A DNA stretch of 64,000 nt from Polyangiaceae bacterium (GTDB taxonomy: Bacteria; Myxococcota_A; Polyangia; Polyangiales; Polyangiaceae): NCBI GenBank assembly GCA_044376115.1, contig JBILLK010000027.1, forward strand, positions 1 through 64,000, in the 5' to 3' direction. The first letter of the stretch is position 1. Each line of letters begins with the position of its first letter. The notes under the pieces are model-generated. The model was given only the letters and a program-made list of their open reading frames with translations. It searched no databases and was not told the DNA's origin. Of this stretch, positions 39,196 through 49,154 are shown in pieces. Both the position numbers and the translations under genes were made by a program.

Positions 39196-39308
39196 CGCGC
39201 TCCGTTTGCGGGCCTGGTGTGACCCACTTCCACACTGCGCTCCCTGCACCCTTGGTAACTTCGTTCGCGCCTCGTTCGCCTTGCAGTCGGACGCTAGCGA
39301 CTTATCCG

Positions 39309-39764
39309 CTACACGCGTCGACGCGGACCCAAGGCCTCCAATATCTGCTGTTCGAACGGCTCACGCGCCGAGTAGGAATGCATCGGATCACGAAGGGCGA
39401 GGTTGGCAACCGAGACCGCCATGGCGATCAGTTTCGAATGGAAGAGCACGTGGACACTCGCGAGCTTGTCCTGATTGAGCTTGCTCCACTCGATCGACCT
39501 GACCCTCGCCGCGGAGTCATACGAGGTGACGTTGGCTAAGTCGTCCATCAGCAAGAGCGGCGCCCTTGCCTCACTCACCGCACGGTCACACAGCTGTACG
39601 CTTTGCTCGACCAAGGTCGTACTGACGTGGCCTTTCACCTGCTGAAGGACAACGGCCTCTTCGGCGAACACCCAGGCAGACAAGACGCCTCGAGCCTCCT
39701 CTTTGACGAGGGTGGGCGGCCCGAGTCGGGCTCGCACCTGCTGCGAGAACGTGCTGCCGACCAT
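39309..39764 (-). CDS. STAS/SEC14-like small protein
   Basis: V.GH, D...VTSYDS.AR....W, VHVLF.SKLIAMAVSVANLAL. Confidence 0.7.
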   Translation of the reverse strand: MVGSTFSQQVRARLGPPTLVKEEARGVLSAWVFAEEAVVLQQVKGHVSTTLVEQSVQLCDRAVSEARAPLLLMDDLANVTSYDSAARVRSIEWSKLNQDKLASVHVLFHSKLIAMAVSVANLALRDPMHSYSAREPFEQQILEALGPRRRV

Positions 39765-39854
39765 GTCCCTATTCGAACTGCAGCGGATCGCCGTGCAGAC
39801 AACTCAAGCGCGTACAACCTCTGGGATCGCTTCGCGATCCGACTTGAGGTGGGC

Positions 39855-40115
39855 TCATTCGTGCGGAATGCCCGCCAGCGTGGCCAGTTCAACCGGGTGA
39901 AACGGGGGACGCGGGGTGATCGGCTTGTCGGCGATACCGCCGTGCGACTCGATCACCCGCGCACATAGTCCCAAACAATATTTTCCCTGGCAGAACCCGG
40001 TGGCAAAACCGGTGTAACGCTTCGCCGACTCGATGTCGCGATGCCCTCGCTCGATGGCTACCTGGAGCTCATGCAGCGTGACGTCTTCACATCGGCAAAC
40101 GAGCGTTTTCTGCAA
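39855..40115 (-). CDS. BFD-like [2Fe-2S]-binding protein (opine/sarcosine oxidase subunit-like)
   Basis: VCRCEDVT, KRYTG..TG.CQG..C, TPRPP; TTG start immediately after the upstream small ORF. Confidence 0.88.
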   Translation of the reverse strand: MQKTLVCRCEDVTLHELQVAIERGHRDIESAKRYTGFATGFCQGKYCLGLCARVIESHGGIADKPITPRPPFHPVELATLAGIPHE

Positions 40116-40116
40116 G

Positions 40117-40245
40117 TTACTTGGCTGCCTTCTTGTCGGCTGCCGGTGCTGCGGCCTGGAGTTGCTCCTGCGCTTGAACCCAGAGGGCCAGCTTCTTGGC
40201 GCGTCGTCGTTTCTGTTTCGCTCGGACCATCGGTTTCTGCGGCAT
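40117..40245 (-). CDS. Small basic protein (42 aa), not in the ORF track
   Basis: MPQKPMVRAKQKRRRAKKLALWVQAQEQLQAAAPAADKKAAK*; AGGA upstream; stop lies 1 bp before the next start. Confidence 0.65.
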   Translation of the reverse strand: MPQKPMVRAKQKRRRAKKLALWVQAQEQLQAAAPAADKKAAK

Positions 40246-40289
40246 GAAACTTTCCTACACGCGCCTTTCGCGCAGAGCAAGCCGCTTGA

Positions 40290-41123
40290 CTAGGACTTCT
40301 TCCGAGCCGTGGCGCAGCCAAGGTTCACCGTCAGATCGAACTGACCATCTGACCAATACTTGGATACGGCTCCACGCACGTACTCGAGCGACTCGGCGGC
40401 CTCGGGGCTGCTGTCGCTCAAGGTCGAAAATTGGCGAGCGACGAAGGCTTGGAACAGCGCACTCTCGGCGAAGCGTCGCCCATCCGAGAACGGAACGCTG
40501 AGCAGCTGCACGTCGACCTCCACCTCGACGAATCCCAGCCGCTCGAGTTCTTGCACGAGCGTTTCCGGCGTAGGCCTACCTTGCCCCGAGAGTTCGACGT
40601 CCTCGTTGAGTTTGGGCCGGTCATGTTTGAGGGCGCATTCGCGCAGCATGTCGGCGATCTCGGGGAAGCTCCCTCGCAACGGGCTCGCAAACACGAACTG
40701 CCCACCGCGTTGCAGCACGCGCTGCGCCTCCGCCATCAGCAGCAGACGTTCGCGCGCACCGCTAAGCGGGTGACACAAGAGCGCATGGCTGAAGCTCTCG
40801 TCCTTTTCCGGGATCGGCAGAGACAACAGCTCCGAACTCTTTACCCGCGCGTCCGCTGCGCGCAAACCCGCCGAATGCGACGAAGGCTCGAACACGCGCA
40901 TGGCCGCGTTGGGCATCCGCTCGAACACCCGGTCTATCAGCAGAGTAACGAGCGGCCCAGCGGCCAGCACCCGGCTGGCCTGCTCTGTTGCATCGAGGCG
41001 ATCCACTGCCATCCAGCCAAAGCCCGACAGATACGCAGGGAACACCTCACTGCTTAGCAGCTCGGCGTCGGCCTTGCTGAAGATCGGCCCCAGGGGAGGA
41101 GCGGGGGCGTCGGGCTTGGTCAC
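40290..41123 (-). CDS. Class I SAM methyltransferase-fold protein (motif I degenerate)
   Basis: LP....SFSH, E..RVL..GG.F, L...GF..V; no GxGxG. Confidence 0.7.
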   Translation of the reverse strand: MTKPDAPAPPLGPIFSKADAELLSSEVFPAYLSGFGWMAVDRLDATEQASRVLAAGPLVTLLIDRVFERMPNAAMRVFEPSSHSAGLRAADARVKSSELLSLPIPEKDESFSHALLCHPLSGARERLLLMAEAQRVLQRGGQFVFASPLRGSFPEIADMLRECALKHDRPKLNEDVELSGQGRPTPETLVQELERLGFVEVEVDVQLLSVPFSDGRRFAESALFQAFVARQFSTLSDSSPEAAESLEYVRGAVSKYWSDGQFDLTVNLGCATARKKS

Positions 41124-41139
41124 GACCGCGAACTCAACC

Positions 41140-41835
41140 TCAGTTGGGCCGGTCGTTCTTGGCGGGGGCGTCGTCTTCGTCGTCCTCTTCCATGCCCTCG
41201 AGCAAATCGATGGCGTCGAGGGCGAGTTCTCCCAGCGAGACCTCGCCTTCCTCGTCTTCTTCGTTGCTCATCTGCACGGTGCGCTTGTCATTTTCGAGCT
41301 TCTTCAAGTGACGAATGATCGAAGGGTCACCAATCGTCACGGCGACCTCGATCGCTGCTGCGACGGCGTCGGGATCTTCATGACCGAGGAAGCTCTCGAG
41401 CAGTTTGGCGACGCCAGGCTCCGGTACCTCGGCCAGCAAATACGGGAGCTCGGGTAGCGCGGGGGAGCCGACGGGCAGCCGCTTGAGCGCGCGCTCGATG
41501 CCTTTGGCGACCTCCTTGAAGCGGTCGAAGCTGAGCCCCTCGAGTTGCTCGCCAGCGGCCTCACGTGCCCCGGGAAACTCGCTCGAGAGGATGTCGATCA
41601 ACAGGTCCACCGCGCGGGGCCCGTCGAACTCGCCAATCAACACCGCAAGCCGTTCGAGTCGCAAGGTGGCCTCGTCCTCGTCGGACTCCTCCAGCGCGCT
41701 CTTCATCGCCTTTTCTGCCGCGTTCATTACGACATTGGGATCTTTGTCGGCGATCTGCCCGTGAAGGGTTCGCACGCGCCGCTCCGCATCGAAGAGGGCG
41801 TTCAGGTTCTGTTCGACTTCGTCCAGTTTCGCCAT
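41140..41835 (-). CDS. HEAT repeat protein
   Basis: AVDLLIDIL, VAAAIE....IGDP..I..L, acidic tail. Confidence 0.75.
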   Translation of the reverse strand: MAKLDEVEQNLNALFDAERRVRTLHGQIADKDPNVVMNAAEKAMKSALEESDEDEATLRLERLAVLIGEFDGPRAVDLLIDILSSEFPGAREAAGEQLEGLSFDRFKEVAKGIERALKRLPVGSPALPELPYLLAEVPEPGVAKLLESFLGHEDPDAVAAAIEVAVTIGDPSIIRHLKKLENDKRTVQMSNEEDEEGEVSLGELALDAIDLLEGMEEDDEDDAPAKNDRPN

Positions 41836-41886
41836 GGCGCCCAGGTACCAACCTCCTGCCCGTGTGGCAAGGCTGGCGTCACTTCC

Positions 41887-42999
41887 TCAATCTTCTCGGC
41901 GCGAGAGTCCCATCACCACGTCCACAATCAGCGCTGCTCGTTTGGCCATCAAGTCTGCGTCCAGCTTCTCCGATCGGTCGGTCGTGCGGTGGTAGTCGGG
42001 GGATTCGCCCGAGGAGAAAAAAATGGTGGGCACCCCCGTCTGCTCGAAGGGGGCGTGATCGCTCCGGCCCTCGGCCAGCGAGGTCACCATGCTGCGTAAA
42101 CTCTCCGGCAGGTCCTCCGGGAAGACCGCGCGGAGTTGCGCGATCTCGGCCTTGGTCTTGACCAGCTCACGAAAGGAAGTCGGCGCGTTTCGCGAGAGCA
42201 GCACGCCCACCGCCTGCGCCGGGTCGACGTCGCGCAGCACGCCGAGCAGGCGCGCGGCGAACCATAGCGCGCGGTCATCGACGAGCGGCCTGCCGATCAT
42301 GTCGAGGTTCACCATCGCCGTGAACGCCCCCTGGCTCTTGGGCCAGCTTCGAACGAAGTGGCTGCTACCGCGCAGCCCAAGCTCCTCTGCGCCGAAGAAG
42401 ACCACTAGCACCGGTCGGCGCAGGCGCTCGCGCTGGCGCTGCAGCACTTTGGCGACTCCGAGCGCCACAGCCGTCCCGGAGGCGTTGTCTTCCGCGCCCA
42501 AGAAAGTCTGCCCATCCACTGTTCCGAGGTGGTCGTAGTGAGCGCCCAGCACCACGTAGGAGCGCTCGCTCGCCTGCGTGCTTGGCTCGATCACCGCGAC
42601 GACGTTTCGGCTTTGCCGCTTACCAAAGGCGAACGGTTGAATGCGGTCGCCCAAGCGACCGAGCTGCTCGCGATCCAATTCCTGCGCGATCCATTCGGCT
42701 GCCCGCGCTTCGTCCTCCGTTGCCGAGCCGCGACCGTTGAACGAGGCGGAGGCGAGAAACGTCGCATCAGCGAGCAGCTTCTCGCGACCGATCGGATTTT
42801 CCGCGCTGGCTGCTTCCACAGGCCCAACGCTGGTCGCGGCACTCGCTGACGTTGCAGCGCTCGAGCTAGTGGACGTCTGCGCTTCGGCTTGGCTTGGAAC
42901 ACCACGCTCAGGCGAATCGGCGTTGGTGCGACAGCCGAGCGCGAGGCCGGCGAGGCTCGCCACAGCCAGCATGCGAAGGCAGCGCTCGCGTTGGACCAC
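41887..42999 (-). CDS. M28 family peptidase lipoprotein
   Basis: GAHYDHLG, GAEDNASG, GAEELGLRGS, NLDMIG, RSDH, DYH..D. Confidence 0.92.
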   Translation of the reverse strand: MVQRERCLRMLAVASLAGLALGCRTNADSPERGVPSQAEAQTSTSSSAATSASAATSVGPVEAASAENPIGREKLLADATFLASASFNGRGSATEDEARAAEWIAQELDREQLGRLGDRIQPFAFGKRQSRNVVAVIEPSTQASERSYVVLGAHYDHLGTVDGQTFLGAEDNASGTAVALGVAKVLQRQRERLRRPVLVVFFGAEELGLRGSSHFVRSWPKSQGAFTAMVNLDMIGRPLVDDRALWFAARLLGVLRDVDPAQAVGVLLSRNAPTSFRELVKTKAEIAQLRAVFPEDLPESLRSMVTSLAEGRSDHAPFEQTGVPTIFFSSGESPDYHRTTDRSEKLDADLMAKRAALIVDVVMGLSRRED

Positions 43000-43072
43000 G
43001 GCTCTTCATAGGGGAAGCCTGTGGTGACGTCAGCTGATTGCGCGTGGCTGGTTGCGGCGCTAACAGGAACGA

Positions 43073-43852
43073 GTGCACCCCTTGGTTCGCGGAGCAGCAG
43101 CTGTGGCGGTGCTTTCGATCATCTCGCTGGCGGTGGGAACCAAAAGCCCGGTGCCGCGGGCACCTGCCGCGGTGCTCACCGCTTCTGCAGGGGTTCCAGT
43201 CATTCTGACCGCCATGCCGTGCGGCCCGCGCGAGCTGCCGGAGGGCAATAGCTGCGTGCCGCTGCCATCGCTGCAGCCGGATAGCGACGAGACCGAGGAT
43301 GAAAACGCGCTGCGCGGGCGACCATCGACGGGCAACGTGATCCCACGCAAGCCGGATCGCCCGCGCGACCCGGCGCAGTTCCTGCTCCCCATCGAGGGCG
43401 AGCTGCTCGTGCTCTCTGGTTTTGACGATGCAGCGGACGCCGGTGAGCACCCGCTCGCGGTGGAGCTTGGCGTGGCGCGCGGTGCTGCCGTGCGCGCGCT
43501 CACCCTCGATGGTCAAGTTGGGCCAACCGAGGTGGCTGGCGTTGGTCGTTGGGTCGGAACCACGGTGGTGACGCGCCACACCATCCAAGCCGAACGACCT
43601 CGCGTCATCTTGCTGTTTCACGGCCATTTGGACGCGGTCGCACCGGGGCTGAAGGTCGACAGCAAGCTTCCGCAAGGGGAGGTTTTGGGTTTTGCGGGAG
43701 ACAGCGGTCAACCAGGCGTCGTCAGCCTCTTTCTGGAGGCACGCCTCGTGCGCGAGGGCGCGGTGCTTTCCACTGCAGAGCCTCGCGCCTTGGCCGAGCC
43801 CGCGGTCGCGGCTGCGACCGATCTGCGAAACGTGCTCGCGCGAAAGCCCTGA
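43073..43852 (+). CDS. M23 peptidase-like protein, probably degenerate
   Basis: [23 protein letters not shown]; HxxxD and the final HxH are not intact. Confidence 0.65.
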   Translation: MHPLVRGAAAVAVLSIISLAVGTKSPVPRAPAAVLTASAGVPVILTAMPCGPRELPEGNSCVPLPSLQPDSDETEDENALRGRPSTGNVIPRKPDRPRDPAQFLLPIEGELLVLSGFDDAADAGEHPLAVELGVARGAAVRALTLDGQVGPTEVAGVGRWVGTTVVTRHTIQAERPRVILLFHGHLDAVAPGLKVDSKLPQGEVLGFAGDSGQPGVVSLFLEARLVREGAVLSTAEPRALAEPAVAAATDLRNVLARKP

Positions 43853-43871
43853 GCGAGTTATTCCTCAGCTC

Positions 43872-44567
43872 GTGTCGCAGCCAAGGCGCAAGATCCTCAT
43901 CGTCGAAGATGAGCCGCACATTGTGCTCGGGCTCACCGACGCCCTTGAGTTCGAGGGCTTCGCGGTGATTTCGGCCAATCGCGGGCGAGACGGAGTCAAC
44001 CTGGCCCGTCAAGAAAAGCCTGACGCGATCCTGCTCGATCTGATGCTGCCCGACACCAACGGCTTCAAGGTTTGTGAAGAGCTTCGGCGTTGGGACGCGT
44101 TCGTTCCCATCATCATGCTTACGGCTCGCTCCCAAGAGGTCGACAAGATCCGCGGGCTCGATGCGGGTGCTGATGACTACATGACCAAGCCCTTCAGCGT
44201 GGGTGAACTCACCGCGCGCATGCGAGCCTTGCTACGCCGCGCCCAACGCCCGAGCGGTAATCACCCGGAGACCTTTCGCATCGGTGACGCGGAGATCAAT
44301 CTCACCGCTCACACCATCACGCGTGCCGAGCAAACCCACCAGATCTCCTTCTACGAGGTGGAGCTGCTTCGACTGCTGTTCGAGCGCGTCGGGCAGCCCG
44401 TCTCCCGCGATGAAATCCTGCAAAAAATCTGGGGGCTCGACGCAGCACCGTCAAACCGAACGGTCGACAACTTCATCGTGAAGTTGCGCAAAAAAGTAGA
44501 GCGTCTACCGGACAAGCCGGAGCGCATTCTCACCGTCTACGGCTACGGCTACAAACTCGCGCCGTAA
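43872..44567 (+). CDS. OmpR/PhoB family response regulator
   Basis: ILIVEDE, LLDLMLP, MLTA, GADDY.TKPF, SRDEIL..IWG, RTVD..I..LRKK, TVYG.GY. Confidence 0.95.
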   Translation: MSQPRRKILIVEDEPHIVLGLTDALEFEGFAVISANRGRDGVNLARQEKPDAILLDLMLPDTNGFKVCEELRRWDAFVPIIMLTARSQEVDKIRGLDAGADDYMTKPFSVGELTARMRALLRRAQRPSGNHPETFRIGDAEINLTAHTITRAEQTHQISFYEVELLRLLFERVGQPVSRDEILQKIWGLDAAPSNRTVDNFIVKLRKKVERLPDKPERILTVYGYGYKLAP

Positions 44568-44618
44568 CACCGCACAGCCCCGCTCGCCCCTCCGCGAGCA
44601 GGGCCTCTTACGGCAGGA

Positions 44619-45143
44619 TCAGAACGGGATATCGTCGTCGTTGCCGTAGCCGAAGTCATCCGCCGGCGGAGGAGCGTCATCTCGCGCCGGACCGCGCCCC
44701 GGAGCAGGGCCGCGTCCACCACCACCGCCGCCACCGCCGCCACCGCCGCCGCCTCGCGGAGCAGGCGCCTCGAAGCCGCCGCCTTCATCCACGACGGCTC
44801 GTCCGCCCCCACGACCACCGGTCAAGATCACGTTGTTGGCGACGATCTCGGTCTTGTAGCGCTTGTTGCCGTCTTTGTCCTCGTAGCTCGACGAACGAAT
44901 CGAGCCCTCGATGAACAAGGTTGAACCCTTGCCGAGGATCTTGGCCAGCGCCTCACCGCGCTTGCCCCAAATGACGACGTTGTGCCAGTCCGTGCGATCA
45001 CGGCGAACCTTGTCCTTGTCGAGATAGGACTCGGTGGTAGCAAGCCGCAAGTTGAGAACCGACTGCCCGCCTTGGGTGTACCGGAGCTCCGGATCCGCAC
45101 CGAGGTTGCCGAGCAGCATGACGCGATTGAGCCCTTCAGCCAT
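44619..45143 (-). CDS. ssb: Single-stranded DNA-binding protein
   Basis: LNRVMLLGNLG.DPE, T.WH, Gly linker, DDDIPF tail. Confidence 0.97.
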   Translation of the reverse strand: MAEGLNRVMLLGNLGADPELRYTQGGQSVLNLRLATTESYLDKDKVRRDRTDWHNVVIWGKRGEALAKILGKGSTLFIEGSIRSSSYEDKDGNKRYKTEIVANNVILTGGRGGGRAVVDEGGGFEAPAPRGGGGGGGGGGGGGRGPAPGRGPARDDAPPPADDFGYGNDDDIPF

Positions 45144-45173
45144 GCCCGCTCTTCCAACGGTCGAGTCGCAGCG

Positions 45174-46547
45174 TCAACCAGGGACGAGCGCGCCGAACAC
45201 CAAGCGCGCAATGCTTAGGTAAACCACGATGCCCAGCACGTCGACGACGGTGGCGATGAACGGAGTCGAGCTCGTCGCAGGGTCGAGGCCGAGGCGCCGG
45301 AGGAGCAACGGGAACATCGACCCAACGACGCAACCGCCGATCACGATGCCTACGACGGCTCCGAAGATGGTGAAGGCGAAGCGTGGGCCCTCTCCCGAAA
45401 TGAACGCACGAACGGCGCCGAGCAGGCCCAAGGCGATGCCCATGACAACGCCTTGCCCAATCTCGCGCGTGAGGATCTTCACCCAATCGGAGTGGCTGAC
45501 TTCCCCGGTGGCCAGGGCGCGGATCATCAAGGACGCGGATTGCGACCCCGAGTTACCGCCGGTCGAGATGATGAGCGGCAAATAGAACTGCAACGCAGCC
45601 ACGCTCACGAGCACATCGTTGAAGCGACGCAGCGCGATTTCGGTGAAGAACCCGCCAAAGAACAAGATCGAAAGCCAAACCACCCGCTTGCGAATGAAGG
45701 TCCAGAAGTCGGTGCGGAAGTAGGTCTCCTCGGTGGGCTCGATGGCGCCGATACGCTGGACGTCCTCACGCGCTTCATCGGTGAGAACGTCGATCACATC
45801 GTCGACCGTGATCACCCCCAAGAGCTTGTGCCCCATGCCGACGACGGGCAGCGCCGAGAAGTCGTACTTGGCCATCGTGCGCGCGACCTCCTCCTGGTCG
45901 GTGGTCGGACTCACCGCGTGCACGCGCTCGATCATGATGTCGTCGATCTTGTCGTTGGGGCTGGCCAGCAGGATGTCGCGCAACGAGGCGACGCCGAGCA
46001 GCTGCTCCGATTTGGTGACGACGTAAACGTAGTAGACGGTCTCTGCGTCGGTTCCCTCGTTACGGATCTTCTCGATCACCTCGCTCACGCGGGACCCGGG
46101 CGCGATCGAAACGTAGTCGGTGGTCATCAGACCACCGGCGCTGTCCTCCGCCCAACGCGCCAGCTCTTCGACCTCGGCAGCGGCGTCGGGATCGACCTGC
46201 TCGATCCGTTCGAGCAGGGTCTCGCCCATCTCCTCCGGCAGACCCTCGATCAAATCGGTGCGATCGTCGGCCGACATTTCGCTGACGATGCCAGCGACGT
46301 TGTCGACGCCCATGGTCTGCACCATCGACTCTTGCCGATGTTGCTCCATGCGTTCGAACACTCGCGCCGCGAGCTCAGCAGGCACCGCAGAGAGCAGCTT
46401 GGCTCCCTCCTCCTGGCCCAGCAGCTCGATCAGGTCGGCGATGTCCTCCTCGTGGATCTCGTCGAAGAGCTCGCTTAGCTGTTCGAGCGCGCCCTCCTCC
46501 AGGAGCTGCCTCACCTCAGGCGCAATAGCGACGGCAACGCGGAGCAT
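45174..46547 (-). CDS. mgtE: Magnesium transporter MgtE
   Basis: N domain, SAGGLMT, CBS pair, GGNSGSQ, DPATSS.PFIATVVD. Confidence 0.96.
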   Translation of the reverse strand: MLRVAVAIAPEVRQLLEEGALEQLSELFDEIHEEDIADLIELLGQEEGAKLLSAVPAELAARVFERMEQHRQESMVQTMGVDNVAGIVSEMSADDRTDLIEGLPEEMGETLLERIEQVDPDAAAEVEELARWAEDSAGGLMTTDYVSIAPGSRVSEVIEKIRNEGTDAETVYYVYVVTKSEQLLGVASLRDILLASPNDKIDDIMIERVHAVSPTTDQEEVARTMAKYDFSALPVVGMGHKLLGVITVDDVIDVLTDEAREDVQRIGAIEPTEETYFRTDFWTFIRKRVVWLSILFFGGFFTEIALRRFNDVLVSVAALQFYLPLIISTGGNSGSQSASLMIRALATGEVSHSDWVKILTREIGQGVVMGIALGLLGAVRAFISGEGPRFAFTIFGAVVGIVIGGCVVGSMFPLLLRRLGLDPATSSTPFIATVVDVLGIVVYLSIARLVFGALVPG

Positions 46548-46700
46548 GGCTGCCCGTTACAGCGAATGACGTCGCTTGGCCACGTCCTTGAACAGAATCT
46601 CTCGGCGACTCTCGGAGGCCAGCGCACGAAGACGTTGGGCCAGCTCCGATGAGGGCCCTCATTGTGGCAATCGAAGCAACATCGTAAACTGAGTGGTCGC

Positions 46701-46820
46701 TATGTGTTCGAAAACGACAATTAAATTGTCTTATGAATTCAGCTGATTGAGTAACTGAGGTGGTGTTGTTGGAATATTTCCATTGCAGCGGAATATGGAT
46801 TCCTTGTTTAAGGGTCATAG
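46701..46820. promoter_or_regulatory. AT-rich divergent control region with palindromes
   Basis: 44 of 120 bases are G/C by hand count; GACAAT-TAA-ATTGTC at 46716-46730; GGAATAT at 46771 and 46790. Confidence 0.6.
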
Positions 46821-46907
46821 GGGCCCCGTTCTTTCTTGACGCTCGCCAATTCTTGTCGCGCGGCCTCGCTTCGATTTCTGACCGACCCCCGTTGCAAGGA
46901 GCAAAAG

Positions 46908-49154
46908 ATGTTGATGCGAACCAAGAAGGTCCTCGGTGGAACCGCGCGTAGCCGTCTGCCTGCGGCCGCCACCGTTTGTGGAATGCTCGGCCTCACGCTG
47001 GTGGTAGCGACACCGGCGTGTCTTGACCGGCCCTTGGCGACGGCTGCGCCAAACACCACGTCCACGCTGACGGGGCGGCTCGAACAGAACGCCGTGTCGA
47101 AGATCGACATCCTGCTGGCCGTCGACAACTCAGCTTCGATGAAAGACAAGCAGGCGATCCTCGCGGCGGCCGTACCGGAGCTGGTGGAGCGGTTGATTCA
47201 GCCGCGCTGCGTGGACTTTCTGAGCGGCGTGCCAACAGGCGTGAGCGTCGACGCAAAAGGCCTTTGCGCAGAGGGGTCTAAGGCCGAATTCCCGCCCATT
47301 CGCGACATCAACGTGGGGGTGATCAGCTCGTCCCTCGGGGACCTGACGACGGGCGCGTGCGCGTCCCAGGCCCATAGTCAAGACAATGGGCGCTTGCTTC
47401 ACCGCGGCGTCGCGGTCGAGGAGACGTTCCAAGGGCAGGGCTTCCTCGCTTGGGATCCCGATAGCGTCCGCGGTGGAGACTCAGATCCGGTGCACTTGAC
47501 CGGCCAACTCGAAAAGATGGTGCGCGGAGTCGAGCAAACCGGCTGCGGATTCGAGATGCAGCTCGAGTCGATCGTTCGCTTCCTCGTGGACCCTGCGCCC
47601 TACGCGTCGCTCGAGCGCGAGGGAGAAGGCGCCAAACAGAAGCTTCGGCGCGTCGGTGTGGATGAGGCGCTGCTCGAGGAACGGAAGGCTTTCTTACGGC
47701 CCGACTCGCTGGTGGCGGTGGTCATCCTCTCGGATGAGAACGACTGTTCGATCGATGTGACCTCGCAAGGCTACAAGGCCCTTCCTGGCCCGTTCTATCG
47801 TGCGACCAGCGAGTGCGCCGAGGACGCCAATAGTGAATGTTGTCAGTCGTGCGCGTTGCCAATTCCCGCGGGTTGCGACGCGCAAGAAGCCTGCAAGGAG
47901 AAGAAGTACACCGAGGAGCAGGACGATGCGAATCTCAAGTGCTTCAAGCAGAAGGAGCGCTACGGGATCGACTTTCTGTACCCCGTCGAACGCTACGTGA
48001 ACGCGTTTACCAAGGCTCGCATCGATCCGAGTCGAAGTGATCTCGCCGTCGTGGATGCGGCCAAAGCCATCGACAATCCGTTGTTCGTGGCCGAGCAAGG
48101 TGCAAAGCCGCGTGCCTCCGACCTCGTGTTCGTTGCGGGCATTGTCGGCGTTCCGTGGCAAGCCATCGCCCGTCGCAATGAGGCTGGGCAGCCCGACCTC
48201 AAGCGCGGCTTCCAGAACTTCGAGGAGCTCGAGGAAAAGCTGCCTGCGTTGGTCGGCGACCCCGATCGCTACCTCGAGCCGACAGATCCGTTCATGATCG
48301 AGTCGATCACAGCCCGCTCAGGCTTTAGCGAGCTCGCAGGAGCGTCGTTGCCCGGGCCGAACCCGATCAACGGTGGCGAGTACACGGTCAACCCCGTCGC
48401 GCCGAACTACTTGCAGCACACCTGCATCTTCCCTCTGGCCGAGCCGGTTGAGGGCGGTGATTGCAAAGCTTGCGTGAATGAAAGCTGCGATCTGCCCCTA
48501 TGCGACGGGACCACGCAGATCGCCGCCAAGGCCTACCCAAGCCTGCGTGAGCTCTCGGTGCTCAGCGGGATGAAGGAGCAAGGCATCTTCGCTTCGATTT
48601 GCCCGGCCAATTCTAGCGGCGCCGACACAAACGCTGTGGATTATGGCTACAACCCCGCTGTCGAAAGCATCATCGAGCGGGTCAAAGAGAAGCTTCAAGG
48701 CCAGTGTTTTGCGCGGCAACTCGAGGTGGACCCGCAGACCGGCAACGTAAGTTGTTTGGTGCTCGAGGCCATGCAAGTGGAGGACCCGGCGCAATGTTGC
48801 AACGTGCCCGGCCGCGCTCAGATCCCCGAGTTCATCGATGGCGAGCCGAACCCTTCCTACCAGGCCGTGCGCCAAGCCAAGGCAGACCGCTACGCGATCG
48901 ACTGGAACTGCTTCTGTGAGATCGTGGAGGTTGCGGCTGGCGACGAACGAAAGGCGTGTCTCAATGACTTGGATCCTGACTCTTCAAGCCAGGGCGACGG
49001 CTGGTGCTACATCGACGCCGCTTCCACGCCGCAAGTTGGAAACGCCGAACTGGTGAAAGATTGCCCCGATACCGAGCAGCGCTTGATGCGCTTCGTTGGG
49101 GACGGAGACCCGCGCTTCGGTGCGGACGTCTTCATCACCTGCGCAGGCGAATAG
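46908..49154 (+). CDS. Cys-rich VWA-domain lipoprotein (CglB-like), paralog 1
   Basis: Lipobox TPAC, MIDAS DILLAVDNSASM, GCGFE, FLRPDS, SDENDCS. Confidence 0.85.
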   Translation: MLMRTKKVLGGTARSRLPAAATVCGMLGLTLVVATPACLDRPLATAAPNTTSTLTGRLEQNAVSKIDILLAVDNSASMKDKQAILAAAVPELVERLIQPRCVDFLSGVPTGVSVDAKGLCAEGSKAEFPPIRDINVGVISSSLGDLTTGACASQAHSQDNGRLLHRGVAVEETFQGQGFLAWDPDSVRGGDSDPVHLTGQLEKMVRGVEQTGCGFEMQLESIVRFLVDPAPYASLEREGEGAKQKLRRVGVDEALLEERKAFLRPDSLVAVVILSDENDCSIDVTSQGYKALPGPFYRATSECAEDANSECCQSCALPIPAGCDAQEACKEKKYTEEQDDANLKCFKQKERYGIDFLYPVERYVNAFTKARIDPSRSDLAVVDAAKAIDNPLFVAEQGAKPRASDLVFVAGIVGVPWQAIARRNEAGQPDLKRGFQNFEELEEKLPALVGDPDRYLEPTDPFMIESITARSGFSELAGASLPGPNPINGGEYTVNPVAPNYLQHTCIFPLAEPVEGGDCKACVNESCDLPLCDGTTQIAAKAYPSLRELSVLSGMKEQGIFASICPANSSGADTNAVDYGYNPAVESIIERVKEKLQGQCFARQLEVDPQTGNVSCLVLEAMQVEDPAQCCNVPGRAQIPEFIDGEPNPSYQAVRQAKADRYAIDWNCFCEIVEVAAGDERKACLNDLDPDSSSQGDGWCYIDAASTPQVGNAELVKDCPDTEQRLMRFVGDGDPRFGADVFITCAGE

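Noticed and set aside
40116..40280. Long N-terminus on the BFD-like ORF
   Set aside because: Better explained by a separate 42-aa ORF in another frame plus a TTG start at 40115
46548..46700. M-box (ykoK) riboswitch upstream of mgtE
   Set aside because: No recognisable conserved sequence or terminator; an Rfam search would be needed to exclude it fully
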